This document shows positions 9,048 through 18,018 of a stretch of DNA of 49,050 nt, piece by piece. The stretch spans positions 1 through 49,050 of the forward strand of contig CAZPWM010000015.1 of NCBI GenBank assembly GCA_964590575.1. The letters run 5' to 3'. Position numbers and translations under genes: made by a program. The stretch comes from an uncultured archaeon. GTDB lineage: Archaea; Asgardarchaeota; Thorarchaeia; Thorarchaeales; Thorarchaeaceae. A model generated the notes under the pieces. That model saw nothing but the letters and a program-made list of their open reading frames with translations, had not been told where the DNA came from and did not search any database. Positions within the stretch are counted from its first letter, which is position 1; each line of letters starts with the position of its first letter.

Positions 9048-9548
9048 TCACTTTGCTAAGATTAGTCCAGCTGGGGTCATTCGATATCTTCTAAGTCGAG
9101 AAGTGACCCAAGGGTATTGGTCAATCCAGTCCAAGAATCTGTCGTTTGATACAATATCAGCATCAAGTTTCTTAGATAACTGGATTATTCTACGGTCATC
9201 ATTGGTTCCTCTTGGAGCTTCATCGATATTCGCACTTTGCATGAATACGCTGAGATTTCCTGGATTGTCAATATTATGGACGAGCGCAGCAGAAATGACG
9301 AATACGAGATCATAACCAGCACTCGCTAAGCTTTGATAAGCTAAAACCAAATTCTGCGCTTTAGGTCTACCTTGAGGTGATAGACTATAGGCAATATTAT
9401 TTCCGTCTATGACAAGTGCGCGTTTCGTGGAAGATTTCCCCATCTTCTGCACAGATTGACTCTGATTCCGACACTTCTGAACATGTATATCTAGAGCATC
9501 CCGGTTGAATAATCGACCACAATGAGGACACCGAGCTCTTTTTGGCAA
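9048..9548 (-). CDS. C2HC zinc finger fused to a NYN/Zc3h12a-like ribonuclease domain
   Basis: CPHCGRLF..LDIHVQKC; VIDGNN, TNDD and IVSNDRF catalytic Asp motifs. Confidence 0.85.
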   Translation of the reverse strand: MPKRARCPHCGRLFNRDALDIHVQKCRNQSQSVQKMGKSSTKRALVIDGNNIAYSLSPQGRPKAQNLVLAYQSLASAGYDLVFVISAALVHNIDNPGNLSVFMQSANIDEAPRGTNDDRRIIQLSKKLDADIVSNDRFLDWIDQYPWVTSRLRRYRMTPAGLILAK

Positions 9549-9679
9549 TATTCTATTCCTCTATACAATTGAGTATGCAAGGTACGTCTTGTAGGTTCGT
9601 ATAAAGATGAGGATACATCACCCATGAAGTTAGTTTGACATCAACTAAATCTATTTAATCAAACGAAGTGTATATTATT

Positions 9680-9740
9680 TGGCGTCCTGTTTCCGCAGTG
9701 TCGTCCTCCCGGCGGCCGTAAGACGGGGGCAGACGCCACC
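9680..9740. ncRNA. Candidate structured RNA element (GC-rich, multi-stem)
   Basis: TGGCGTC/GACGCCA closing stem enclosing three small hairpins inside an AT-rich spacer; TATA-like TTTAAT about 25 nt upstream on the + strand. Confidence 0.4.
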
Positions 9741-9765
9741 CTCATATCTGATATTAACGAGTTAT

Positions 9766-11109
9766 CTAGATTATTAGTGACATCAGGAAAAGCCATCCCG
9801 TTCCCATGAGTAAATGTACGAGAGCCAATGGTGTGGCAATCTTCGCGAAATCTTTGAAGCTTATTCTATCATGTTGTTCTTCTGACATTGCCATTGCTAG
9901 AATATTGGCTGGAGCTCCGATAGGAAGAACATACCCTCCTACATTGACAGCAAAGATTAGAATTGCAGGAAAGATTGGCGAAGCTGAAGCTGCTGATAGA
10001 CTTACTGCAATAGGTGCTAGAACCACTGATACTGGAATGTTATCTATCACAGCTGAAAGCAGGGCTGGAACCCAGACAAGAAAAGCAACAGCTGCTCCAC
10101 TGCCCCCTTCTACAATAGAGTTCACTGCAGCTCCGATATCATCAATGAACCCTATAATTTCCAAGGCACCAACGAGTCCGAAAATTCCGATTAAGAAAAA
10201 CACAGTATTCCAGTTGATTTTTGCTAATATGTTCTCTACTCTTTCTCTTGTCATCAGAAGAACAACGAATGCAACAATGATGGACACAAGAGCTGGTTCA
10301 AGTCCAGATCCTTGCCCCCATGTAAAGGCAAGAACTAGAATCCCAATGGCAATCAAAGATAGATAGAAGTCGTTTCTCGATCGTATCATATGTAGAGGTG
10401 AAACAACAAAGACCTCATCCCTAATTTCATCTTCACTATCGGGCAATTTATTCTTGAAGAATCTGTAAAACAGAGGAAGCGTCACTAACAATAATATAAT
10501 TGAAAGAGGCATCATTATTAGGAACAAAATAGATGCATTAAATCCTAGAATCCCCTCTTCCACTAACTTGTTAGCAATAACTAGATTAGGAACCGCGCCG
10601 ACTATTGATGGAATTGATGCAAAATTCGCAACAATGGCTTCAGATATGAGAAATGGTTTGAAGTCAATCTCAAGTGCATTGCAGACCTCAATTGTAAGAG
10701 GTCCCATTATCAGTATAGTTGATGTCGTATCAAAGACCAACGAAATCACAAAAACGAACAGGATGAAGACTGTGAATAGACGCTTGGTGTTTCCACCTGT
10801 GGGTCTCACAAGTGTCAAGGCAATATATTGGAACATCCCCGAGTTACGTGCTACAGAGACGATAGCCATCATTGAAATAATGAAAAGAATAGTTCCCCAC
10901 TCGATATGTTCAACAAGGGTGGAAAATGTCGCCCCCATAGGATCTATTGACCCTGCCGCAGAATCAATGTTGAATGCTGCCCAGAGAACCAATCCAACAA
11001 GACCCATTCCTACCATGGACATTGCAGCACGATTCACCTTCTCACTAGATATCAAGAGGTATGTTCCAATGAAAACAAATAACACAAGAGTGCCCACTGG
11101 TTCCTGCAT
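9766..11109 (-). CDS. ArsB/NhaD (SLC13/P-permease-like) transporter, paralog A
   Basis: IEWGTILFIISM, GAVPNLVI, LSAVIDNIP and LPIGAPAN motifs; many TMs. Confidence 0.88.
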   Translation of the reverse strand: MQEPVGTLVLFVFIGTYLLISSEKVNRAAMSMVGMGLVGLVLWAAFNIDSAAGSIDPMGATFSTLVEHIEWGTILFIISMMAIVSVARNSGMFQYIALTLVRPTGGNTKRLFTVFILFVFVISLVFDTTSTILIMGPLTIEVCNALEIDFKPFLISEAIVANFASIPSIVGAVPNLVIANKLVEEGILGFNASILFLIMMPLSIILLLVTLPLFYRFFKNKLPDSEDEIRDEVFVVSPLHMIRSRNDFYLSLIAIGILVLAFTWGQGSGLEPALVSIIVAFVVLLMTRERVENILAKINWNTVFFLIGIFGLVGALEIIGFIDDIGAAVNSIVEGGSGAAVAFLVWVPALLSAVIDNIPVSVVLAPIAVSLSAASASPIFPAILIFAVNVGGYVLPIGAPANILAMAMSEEQHDRISFKDFAKIATPLALVHLLMGTGWLFLMSLII

Positions 11110-11307
11110 AGTCTTTTCTCTTCTAGCTCTTTATGGCTATGACTGATTCTGAAGCATTAGCTGCATTTCTTTATTCCTATCAAAGAGAAGAAATATCGAG
11201 AATATCCACAGGGGGAGTCATATGTTGATTTAAAATGAGCACATGCATTAAGAAAACTGTTAGAATAATCCCGAATCTTTCATCCACTATTTTTATCCCC
11301 AATTAAA

Positions 11308-12681
11308 TTAGATGCCAAAGAGGACTTGAAGTAGTACAAGATATCCGCTTCCTATAGCAAGATGAATCATACCCAGAATTGTACCAATTTTAACAAACTC
11401 AATGAATGGGATGGGGTCATGTTGTTCCTCTGAAAGACCAATGGCTACCATATTTGCTGGAGACCCCAATGGCGTGAAGATATACCCCCCAATATTCACT
11501 GCAAATACCAATGCCAGAGGATTTCCAAACTGAGCGGCAATTGGGGCAAGGACAAGAGAAACCGGTAGATTGTCAAGGAATGCCGATAACATAGCAGGTA
11601 TCCAGACGAGAAAGACCGTAGCAAAAATGGTTCCCTTTTCAATGAACAAGCTAATTCCATCACCAAGCGCCTTAATCAACCCTGTTATGTCAAGTGCGCC
11701 AACAAGCCCGAATAATCCAACAAGGAAAAAGACAGTTGGCCACCCAATTCTATTCAGGAACTCGTTAGCTCTTTCGTGGGCAAGCAATAATAGGAATCCT
11801 GCTATGAGAAGCGCAATCATTGGGGGAGTCAGTCCGAAACTTGGACCAAATGCGAATCCAACGACCAAACAGATGATTGCCACTGTTGAGATGTTGAAGT
11901 CCCATCTGTCTTTAATCATGGTTGCCGGGTCTATTGAAAAGACTGCATCTGCTCTTTGCTCGTCAGTAACTCCAAAGGAAGCACCATACCATTTAAGAAA
12001 AATGGGTAGACTAACTAGAAAAAGAATGATTGAGAGGGGCATGAAAACTACAAAGAGGAACCCAACATCAAGTCCAGTTTTGCCAGCAATTACAAGATTG
12101 GGGACTGCTCCAACAACCGAAGGAATCGATGAGAAGTTGCAAACAATCGCTTCAGCAACAAGGAATGGCTTGAAATCAATCTCAAGAGCTTTGCAAATCT
12201 CTATGGTTAGAGGCACAACAATAAGCATCGTTGAAACGGTATCAAAAAAGAGACTAATTCCTGAAACAAAGACCAGAAAGACGATGAAGAGCTGTTTGGG
12301 GTCACCCTCACTTCGTGCAGCAATTCTCAGAGCAAGATACTGAAAAATACCGGATGCTGCTGCTACGGATACAATGATACTCATTGCAATTATGAAGATG
12401 ATAGTATTCCAATCGACTTTTTCAATGAGTGTGGTAAACGCGACCCCCCCGGGAATTAATAAGCTAAATCCTATGTATAAAATCACTCCGACCAAGGCCA
12501 CACCTAAGAGTGACATTGCAGTCCGGTTTACTTTCTCTGTTGAGATGAGAATGTATGTTCCAATGAAGATGACGAGAACCGCCATAGGTACATTTTCAAA
12601 ACTTATGACCAGGATGAGGGCAATAGCACTCATTATTGCTATGAAAATAAGAGCAATAATCTCCCATCCCATTTTCTTCAT
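11308..12681 (-). CDS. ArsB/NhaD (SLC13/P-permease-like) transporter, paralog B
   Basis: VDWNTIIFIIAM, GAVPNLVI, LSAFLDNLP and TPLGSPAN motifs; ATG 12681 likely start (ORF track extends to 12726). Confidence 0.88.
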   Translation of the reverse strand: MKKMGWEIIALIFIAIMSAIALILVISFENVPMAVLVIFIGTYILISTEKVNRTAMSLLGVALVGVILYIGFSLLIPGGVAFTTLIEKVDWNTIIFIIAMSIIVSVAAASGIFQYLALRIAARSEGDPKQLFIVFLVFVSGISLFFDTVSTMLIVVPLTIEICKALEIDFKPFLVAEAIVCNFSSIPSVVGAVPNLVIAGKTGLDVGFLFVVFMPLSIILFLVSLPIFLKWYGASFGVTDEQRADAVFSIDPATMIKDRWDFNISTVAIICLVVGFAFGPSFGLTPPMIALLIAGFLLLLAHERANEFLNRIGWPTVFFLVGLFGLVGALDITGLIKALGDGISLFIEKGTIFATVFLVWIPAMLSAFLDNLPVSLVLAPIAAQFGNPLALVFAVNIGGYIFTPLGSPANMVAIGLSEEQHDPIPFIEFVKIGTILGMIHLAIGSGYLVLLQVLFGI

Positions 12682-12762
12682 GTCAACATCCACACCGTAA
12701 TCATTCTTAGCAAAACGACCAAGCAATTGATTTGATTGGGTTTCCTACTCATTAATCTGCCG

Positions 12763-12894
12763 TCAATTTCTGGACGCAACATAAAGAAGTCCATCCGGTT
12801 CTATCTCTTCAACCCGATTTCTGATTTTTGCCAGAAGTAATTCATCACTTTCATCATGTATCGCATGGATATCTGAAACTGCAGCAGTTCTCAA
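12763..12894 (-). pseudogene. N-terminal remnant of a calcineurin-like metallophosphoesterase
   Basis: Manual translation from TTG: MRTAAVSDIHAIHDESDELLLAKIRNRVEEIEPDGLLYVASRN*; motif I DxH present, stops where the GD motif is expected. Confidence 0.55.
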
Positions 12895-13020
12895 GCTTTC
12901 TCACTCACTTGACGTGCCGGAAGCTGTTTTTCTTAAAAGGAATTATCTGAACTGCCAGACCAAATCCTTGATATTGTCATGCATTGTTTTCCCCAAAACT
13001 AGCCCATAGGACGTTTAACA

Positions 13021-14673
13021 ATGACAAACCGTATTGTTGCTCAAGCATCAGCAGATATGGATCTCTCACAGACCAAGACAGTGGTTGACCAAGAAGAGAT
13101 TACAGATACATATGCACTCTATCTCGATGATGAAAGTCACTCCTTTGATGGAGCAGCTGAGAAGATTATCTTTCCTTCCACAGAAGCAGAAGTCGCAGCG
13201 ATAATGAAGAGTGCTTTCAAGAATGGCACACCAGTTACGATACAAGGTGGAAGAACCGGTCTCACTGGTGCAGCTGTACCATTGGGTGGAATCGCGTTGA
13301 ATCTTGAGAAAATGACTCAAATACTATACATGAATTATGATGAATCTAAGGGGTTGTATTCGATTGCAGCCCAATGTGGTCTGACACTTGAAGATTTAGT
13401 TGAAGCAGTGCAATCAAAGAAACTCGATAAGCTTGAAGGGAAAGGAACTTTTGAGGAACAGAAAGCACTGGAACGTTTTCTAGGCGAGAATGATACATTC
13501 ACATTTCCAGTTGATCCGACTGAGATGAGTGCATGGTTAGGAGGCATTGTGGCTTGCAATGCTTCAGGTGCTAGGACATTCAAATACGGGGCTGTACGGC
13601 CTTGGGTCTACCACATTCGAGTAGTTCTAGCAAATGGTGACATCCTCGACATTGAGCGTGGGAAAGTAACAGCAGAAGATGGGAAATTCATTATCGTACA
13701 AAGTGATGGTGAAGAAGTTGAGGTGACCATACCTTCATACAAAATGCCAAACACAAAGAATGCAGCAGGTCTTTTTGCCAAACCCGACATGGATTTAATT
13801 GACCTCTTTGTAGGTTCTGAAGGCATCCTTGGGGTGATAACCGAAGTTGAGCTTGGTCTAATCAAACTTGACGAAAACATCATGACAGTTATGGCTTTCT
13901 TCCCTAGCATTGAAGATGCTGTTAATTTTACTTACGATGTTCGTGCTCCTGACTCTCCGATAAAGATGGACTTCATGGAGTATTTTGGAACCAATGCCCT
14001 TGCAATGATTAAGGAAAAAGCTGGTTCTGCAGGAATCAAAGTACCTGCTATGAAGGATGAAACAAAAGCGATAATCTTCTTTGAGTTCTCGTTTACTCCA
14101 GAGAACATGGAAGAGCTGGTCATGAGCCTGGAAGAGATTCTCATTAAGAACAACACGTCCTCCGAGTCAAGCTGGGCTGGGATGGACCGTTCTGAGCTTG
14201 CTAAAATGAAGACAGTAAGGCACTTTGTACCCGAAACTGTCAACGGGATAATTGCTCAGAGAAAGGCGCAGTACCATGAGGTTCACAAGATTGGAACTGA
14301 TATGGCAGTCCCTGACGAAGCTCTACGAGACTATCTGAAATTCTATATTACTACACTTGAAGAGCAAGGAATGGAGTATGCAATGTGGGGCCATATTGGT
14401 GATAACCATATACATGTCAACATGCTTCCCCGTAACAACGAGGAAGTGAAGCAAGGCATGGACAACTATATGACCTTTGCAAAGAGAGCCATTGAACTAG
14501 GAGGCACTGTGGCTGCTGAGCATGGTATTGGGAAGCTAAAACGGGGATTCCTTGAAGCTATGTATGGTGAAAAAGGCATCTCTGAGATGCAAGCAGTGAA
14601 GAAGTGCTTGGATTCAAAATGGCTGATTAACCGAGGTAATATGATTCCTGTACCCGCTGATATGAGCCAGTAA
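13021..14673 (+). CDS. FAD-binding oxidoreductase (GlcD/D-2-hydroxyacid dehydrogenase-like)
   Basis: GGRTGLTG, NASGARTFKYG, GSEGILGVIT, GHIGDNHIH and AEHGIGK motifs. Confidence 0.92.
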   Translation: MTNRIVAQASADMDLSQTKTVVDQEEITDTYALYLDDESHSFDGAAEKIIFPSTEAEVAAIMKSAFKNGTPVTIQGGRTGLTGAAVPLGGIALNLEKMTQILYMNYDESKGLYSIAAQCGLTLEDLVEAVQSKKLDKLEGKGTFEEQKALERFLGENDTFTFPVDPTEMSAWLGGIVACNASGARTFKYGAVRPWVYHIRVVLANGDILDIERGKVTAEDGKFIIVQSDGEEVEVTIPSYKMPNTKNAAGLFAKPDMDLIDLFVGSEGILGVITEVELGLIKLDENIMTVMAFFPSIEDAVNFTYDVRAPDSPIKMDFMEYFGTNALAMIKEKAGSAGIKVPAMKDETKAIIFFEFSFTPENMEELVMSLEEILIKNNTSSESSWAGMDRSELAKMKTVRHFVPETVNGIIAQRKAQYHEVHKIGTDMAVPDEALRDYLKFYITTLEEQGMEYAMWGHIGDNHIHVNMLPRNNEEVKQGMDNYMTFAKRAIELGGTVAAEHGIGKLKRGFLEAMYGEKGISEMQAVKKCLDSKWLINRGNMIPVPADMSQ

Positions 14674-14676
14674 GAA

Positions 14677-14949
14677 TCAGACTTGTGCCTGGATTTCAGC
14701 TTTTGTCATCTTTGCGCAGAGGTCCGGGTCTTCTTCACATAGTACTTTCATATCGCGTACACCAATCGCGTACCAGTATTCAAGAAGTGCGTCTTCAAGG
14801 GCCATCGAATCATTTTCTTGACATTTCATAACGACCGCTTTAATTCCCGCGGCAAGTTCCTCAACTGAAGATTTTCTAATCCTCACTCTTCCCCAGTAGT
14901 CACATTTTTTCCCACGACAAAGACCCTTGACCAAAACGCAGTATGCCAT
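14677..14949 (-). CDS. Small Cys-rich hypothetical protein
   Basis: 90-aa ORF with CVLVKGLCRGKKCDYW; GAGG upstream. Confidence 0.65.
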   Translation of the reverse strand: MAYCVLVKGLCRGKKCDYWGRVRIRKSSVEELAAGIKAVVMKCQENDSMALEDALLEYWYAIGVRDMKVLCEEDPDLCAKMTKAEIQAQV

Positions 14950-15097
14950 GAGCGAACCTCGATTGAGTTGGCAATTGCGTTGTCATATCTATCTTAAGAG
15001 TTGCCTTATGCGATGTCATCCAAACATTGAGTGAGTGGAAAAATAGTAAACCTGTGAGTATAGAATGTCCACACTCACAGATTGACAAATAGTGAAA

Positions 15098-16390
15098 CTA
15101 TTTGTATACGACCTCAACGAGATGAGCACTACAACTTATGCATGGATCATAGGCACGAGCAATCATCTCAAACTGGAGCTCGATATTGTCAAGTTGCTGC
15201 TTGGCGAGTAGTTGCTCACCACCAGTCCGGATGAATGCCTCGATATCATCAAGGAACATTGCTGTTGGAGTGATGAAGTCCGCCTCCGCGATTTTACCAT
15301 TCTTGACCTCATAGTGGTGAATCAATGTACCGCGAGGTGCTTCCACAGCACCGGTGCCTATACCGGTTTCCTGAGTTGGTTGTGCAATCTTCGCATCCTT
15401 ACTCGCGAGTAGCTGATTCACTGTTTCAACAATGCCCTCAAGTGAGTACACCTGCTCTATAGCTTGTGCATGATTGTTGAACAGAGGGTTGCGATGCCAC
15501 CGGTCAGTGACTAGTTTGTCATAAGCTTCCTTAGCTTTCCCTTTCAGCCGCTCTCCGAGGAGAAGAACTCGAGCGAGAGCACCCACGGTAAATGGTTTGC
15601 TATTGTATTGACCTCGTTTCGCAAAACTGTGGCTTACAACTCGCTCCTTGATGACACTCTTGTAGTTTTCAGCAGGATGTTCTTTTCCATCTGAGGTGAT
15701 GAATATGTCTCCATAGTAACCATACTCGTTGCTTGGAGGTTTGCAGCACAAGAATTGAGTCTCGCGTTCCATATGGTCTGGAATCTCAAGACCTCCAAGA
15801 AGGTCTATGGTTGCCATTGCGAAGTCTAAGAGCTCTATAGCTTCTTCTTTGATCTCTGTGAGAGTCTCCTTGGTAGGAAGCTTGCTGAATCCTCCAATGA
15901 CTGGGTTCTCTCCATGGATCATTCGACCTCCCATCATTCGCATTATCTTATTTCCAAACTTCTTCATCTGTAATGCTTTGACCACAGTGTCACCGTACTT
16001 GTCAGCCATTGCAACAGCATTGTCATAACCCAGAAAATCCGGTAATGCGAGGAAGTAGATGTGCAGACTATGACTCTCAATCATCTCACCATGATGCATC
16101 AGTTCACGATACAACTGAGTGGTTGAATCTACTGTTACACCAACAGCTTTCTCAAGACCTCTGAGGGCTGCATACTTGTGGGAAAGATTACAGATGGCAC
16201 AAATCCTTGGAACAATACTGAGATCTTCCTGAGGAGTTTTGCCTACAACAAGTTCCTCGAAGAGACGCGGCCCCTCAAGAATTCGAACCTCAACATTGCT
16301 GATTTTGTCGTCTTTTATCTCGACTTTGATTCCGCCATGGCCTTCAACTCTAGCCAGGGGTTCGATAGTGATAGTTGTCTTGCTAGGCAT
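15098..16390 (-). CDS. hydA: Group 3b [NiFe]-hydrogenase (sulfhydrogenase) alpha, large subunit
   Basis: RVEGHG, L1 PRICAIC, EAPRG, L2 DPCISCSAH plus a short C-terminal extension. Confidence 0.95.
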   Translation of the reverse strand: MPSKTTITIEPLARVEGHGGIKVEIKDDKISNVEVRILEGPRLFEELVVGKTPQEDLSIVPRICAICNLSHKYAALRGLEKAVGVTVDSTTQLYRELMHHGEMIESHSLHIYFLALPDFLGYDNAVAMADKYGDTVVKALQMKKFGNKIMRMMGGRMIHGENPVIGGFSKLPTKETLTEIKEEAIELLDFAMATIDLLGGLEIPDHMERETQFLCCKPPSNEYGYYGDIFITSDGKEHPAENYKSVIKERVVSHSFAKRGQYNSKPFTVGALARVLLLGERLKGKAKEAYDKLVTDRWHRNPLFNNHAQAIEQVYSLEGIVETVNQLLASKDAKIAQPTQETGIGTGAVEAPRGTLIHHYEVKNGKIAEADFITPTAMFLDDIEAFIRTGGEQLLAKQQLDNIELQFEMIARAYDPCISCSAHLVEVVYK

Positions 16391-16391
16391 T

Positions 16392-17168
16392 TTACTTACC
16401 TCCGTTTTCTAAGAATTTGATAATCTTGGAACCTCCAAAACCTCTGATACGTCGCATGATTTCTTCCTTAGTCATCCCAAAACTCTCAAGAAGTTTGAGA
16501 TGTTGGCTAAAGTTTCCATCCTCATTTGGTCCCCAACAGCCTACACATGGGAGTCCGTGGTTTGGACACACTGATCCACACCCTCCTAATGTAAGAGGCC
16601 CAATGCAGAATTTTTCATCAAGGAGTAGACAGCGGTTCTCATTGAGTTTGCACTCATGGCATACTGGATGCGGATATGGTTCAGGGATTGCCCCGTGAAT
16701 CAACCGAGAGATTAGGGCAAAGGTCTGAGGCTGGCTGATTGGACAACCTGGGAGGTAATAGTCCACTTCAACAAAGGCATCTATGGGTTTAGCCTCCAGC
16801 GGCTTTGTCATAAATTTGACACCCTCGCCATATACTTTATTCAATCTCTTCTCATAACCCCCATCACCAGTGTACATAGCTTGTGGACCACCATTGACTG
16901 CGCAGTTACCAATGGCTACCAGAATCTTTGAGCGCTTTCTGATTTCGTGAAGATGCTCTTTTTCTTCTTCAGTGCTGATACTACCTTCAATGAAAGCAAC
17001 ATCAAGGGCCTCTTCTATTGGATTGCTTGACGCCATCACAAAAGACTGAATATTAGCTGCACCGAATAGATTGAGAATCTCATCTTCTGTATGGATGATG
17101 AGGAGCTGGTCTCCTGCACATCCTGTAAAACCGTAGATACCAATTTTTGGTTTGTCTATTTCAGTCAT
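16392..17168 (-). CDS. hydD: Group 3b [NiFe]-hydrogenase delta, small subunit
   Basis: TGCAGD, IEGSI, GNCA, LPGCP, VCHEC and CPNHGLPCVGCWGP. Confidence 0.92.
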   Translation of the reverse strand: MTEIDKPKIGIYGFTGCAGDQLLIIHTEDEILNLFGAANIQSFVMASSNPIEEALDVAFIEGSISTEEEKEHLHEIRKRSKILVAIGNCAVNGGPQAMYTGDGGYEKRLNKVYGEGVKFMTKPLEAKPIDAFVEVDYYLPGCPISQPQTFALISRLIHGAIPEPYPHPVCHECKLNENRCLLLDEKFCIGPLTLGGCGSVCPNHGLPCVGCWGPNEDGNFSQHLKLLESFGMTKEEIMRRIRGFGGSKIIKFLENGGK

Positions 17169-17169
17169 C

Positions 17170-18018
17170 TTAGATCAGCTCCTTGAAGTGTAACGTGTCC
17201 CAGTATGTGAATACTGGACCGTCCATGCAGGTATAGAGATGTTCAATGGCACAATGTCCACACTTTCCTATACCACATTTCATCCGCCTTTCGAGAGAGA
17301 GCTGAATTTGGTTCTTCGGAATCTTGAGTTTCAGAAACTCATCAATAACAAACTTGTACATGACTGGAGGTCCAACAACAACGGCGGTGGTTTCTCTTGG
17401 ATCAATCTTTGGAAGGTTCTTGAAGAGTTTAGTAACTACACCAACACTCTCAGTCCAGTCTTTATCCGGCTTGTCAACAGTGTAGAGGCAGTCGATATCT
17501 TTTCGTTCCTTTATTTGGAAGAATTCTCTCTCGAATAGGAACTCCTGAGGACTTCGTGCTCCATAAAGGAAGAAAATACATTTGAACATATCACGATTGT
17601 CTAGGGCATAGTACAGAATGGACCGTAGTGGTATTACTCCTAGTCCACCAGCAACAATGATGAGGTCCTTATTGACCATTTGGTCTAATTTGAAACCATT
17701 TCCATAAGGTCCGCGAATGTATACCACATCATTGTCTGTTTTTTGGAAGAGAGACTCTGTCAGCTTGCCAACTTTTCTTACTCCTAATTCAAGGATGCCC
17801 GGTCGGCTAGGTGTAGATGAAATCGAAAAGGGTGCTTCTCCTACACCAGGTATGGACAGCATAATGAACTGCCCGGGATTATACGTGAATGACATGGCTT
17901 TCTTCATGTCGATAAGTCTGATCTGAAAGAATCTGTGGTCTTCAATCAGGTCATAATGTCTTACAATTCTGGCTGCCTTTGGCTTGAATGGATTCGCAAT
18001 TGTTTCGGTCACACTCAT
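17170..18018 (-). CDS. hydG: Sulfhydrogenase gamma subunit (FAD/NAD(P)-binding, 2Fe-2S)
   Basis: PGQF, RGPYGNG, AGGLG, GPPVM and ERRMKCGIGKCGHC...CMDGPV. Confidence 0.92.
   Translation of the reverse strand: MSVTETIANPFKPKAARIVRHYDLIEDHRFFQIRLIDMKKAMSFTYNPGQFIMLSIPGVGEAPFSISSTPSRPGILELGVRKVGKLTESLFQKTDNDVVYIRGPYGNGFKLDQMVNKDLIIVAGGLGVIPLRSILYYALDNRDMFKCIFFLYGARSPQEFLFEREFFQIKERKDIDCLYTVDKPDKDWTESVGVVTKLFKNLPKIDPRETTAVVVGPPVMYKFVIDEFLKLKIPKNQIQLSLERRMKCGIGKCGHCAIEHLYTCMDGPVFTYWDTLHFKELI

Noticed and set aside
9680-9740. Canonical tRNA or known self-cleaving ribozyme
   Set aside because: Too short, with no TTC T-loop or D-loop GG pattern; I could not build HDV P1, hammerhead CUGANGA/GAAA or twister cores
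9806-12700. Long + strand ORFs antisense to the permeases (186, 192, 257 and 108 aa)
   Set aside because: Typical stop-poor antisense shadows of hydrophobic membrane-protein genes; no motifs
15125-15155. Selenocysteine in the hydrogenase L2 motif ([NiFeSe] type)
   Set aside because: Codons are TGC and TGT (DPCISC); no in-frame TGA
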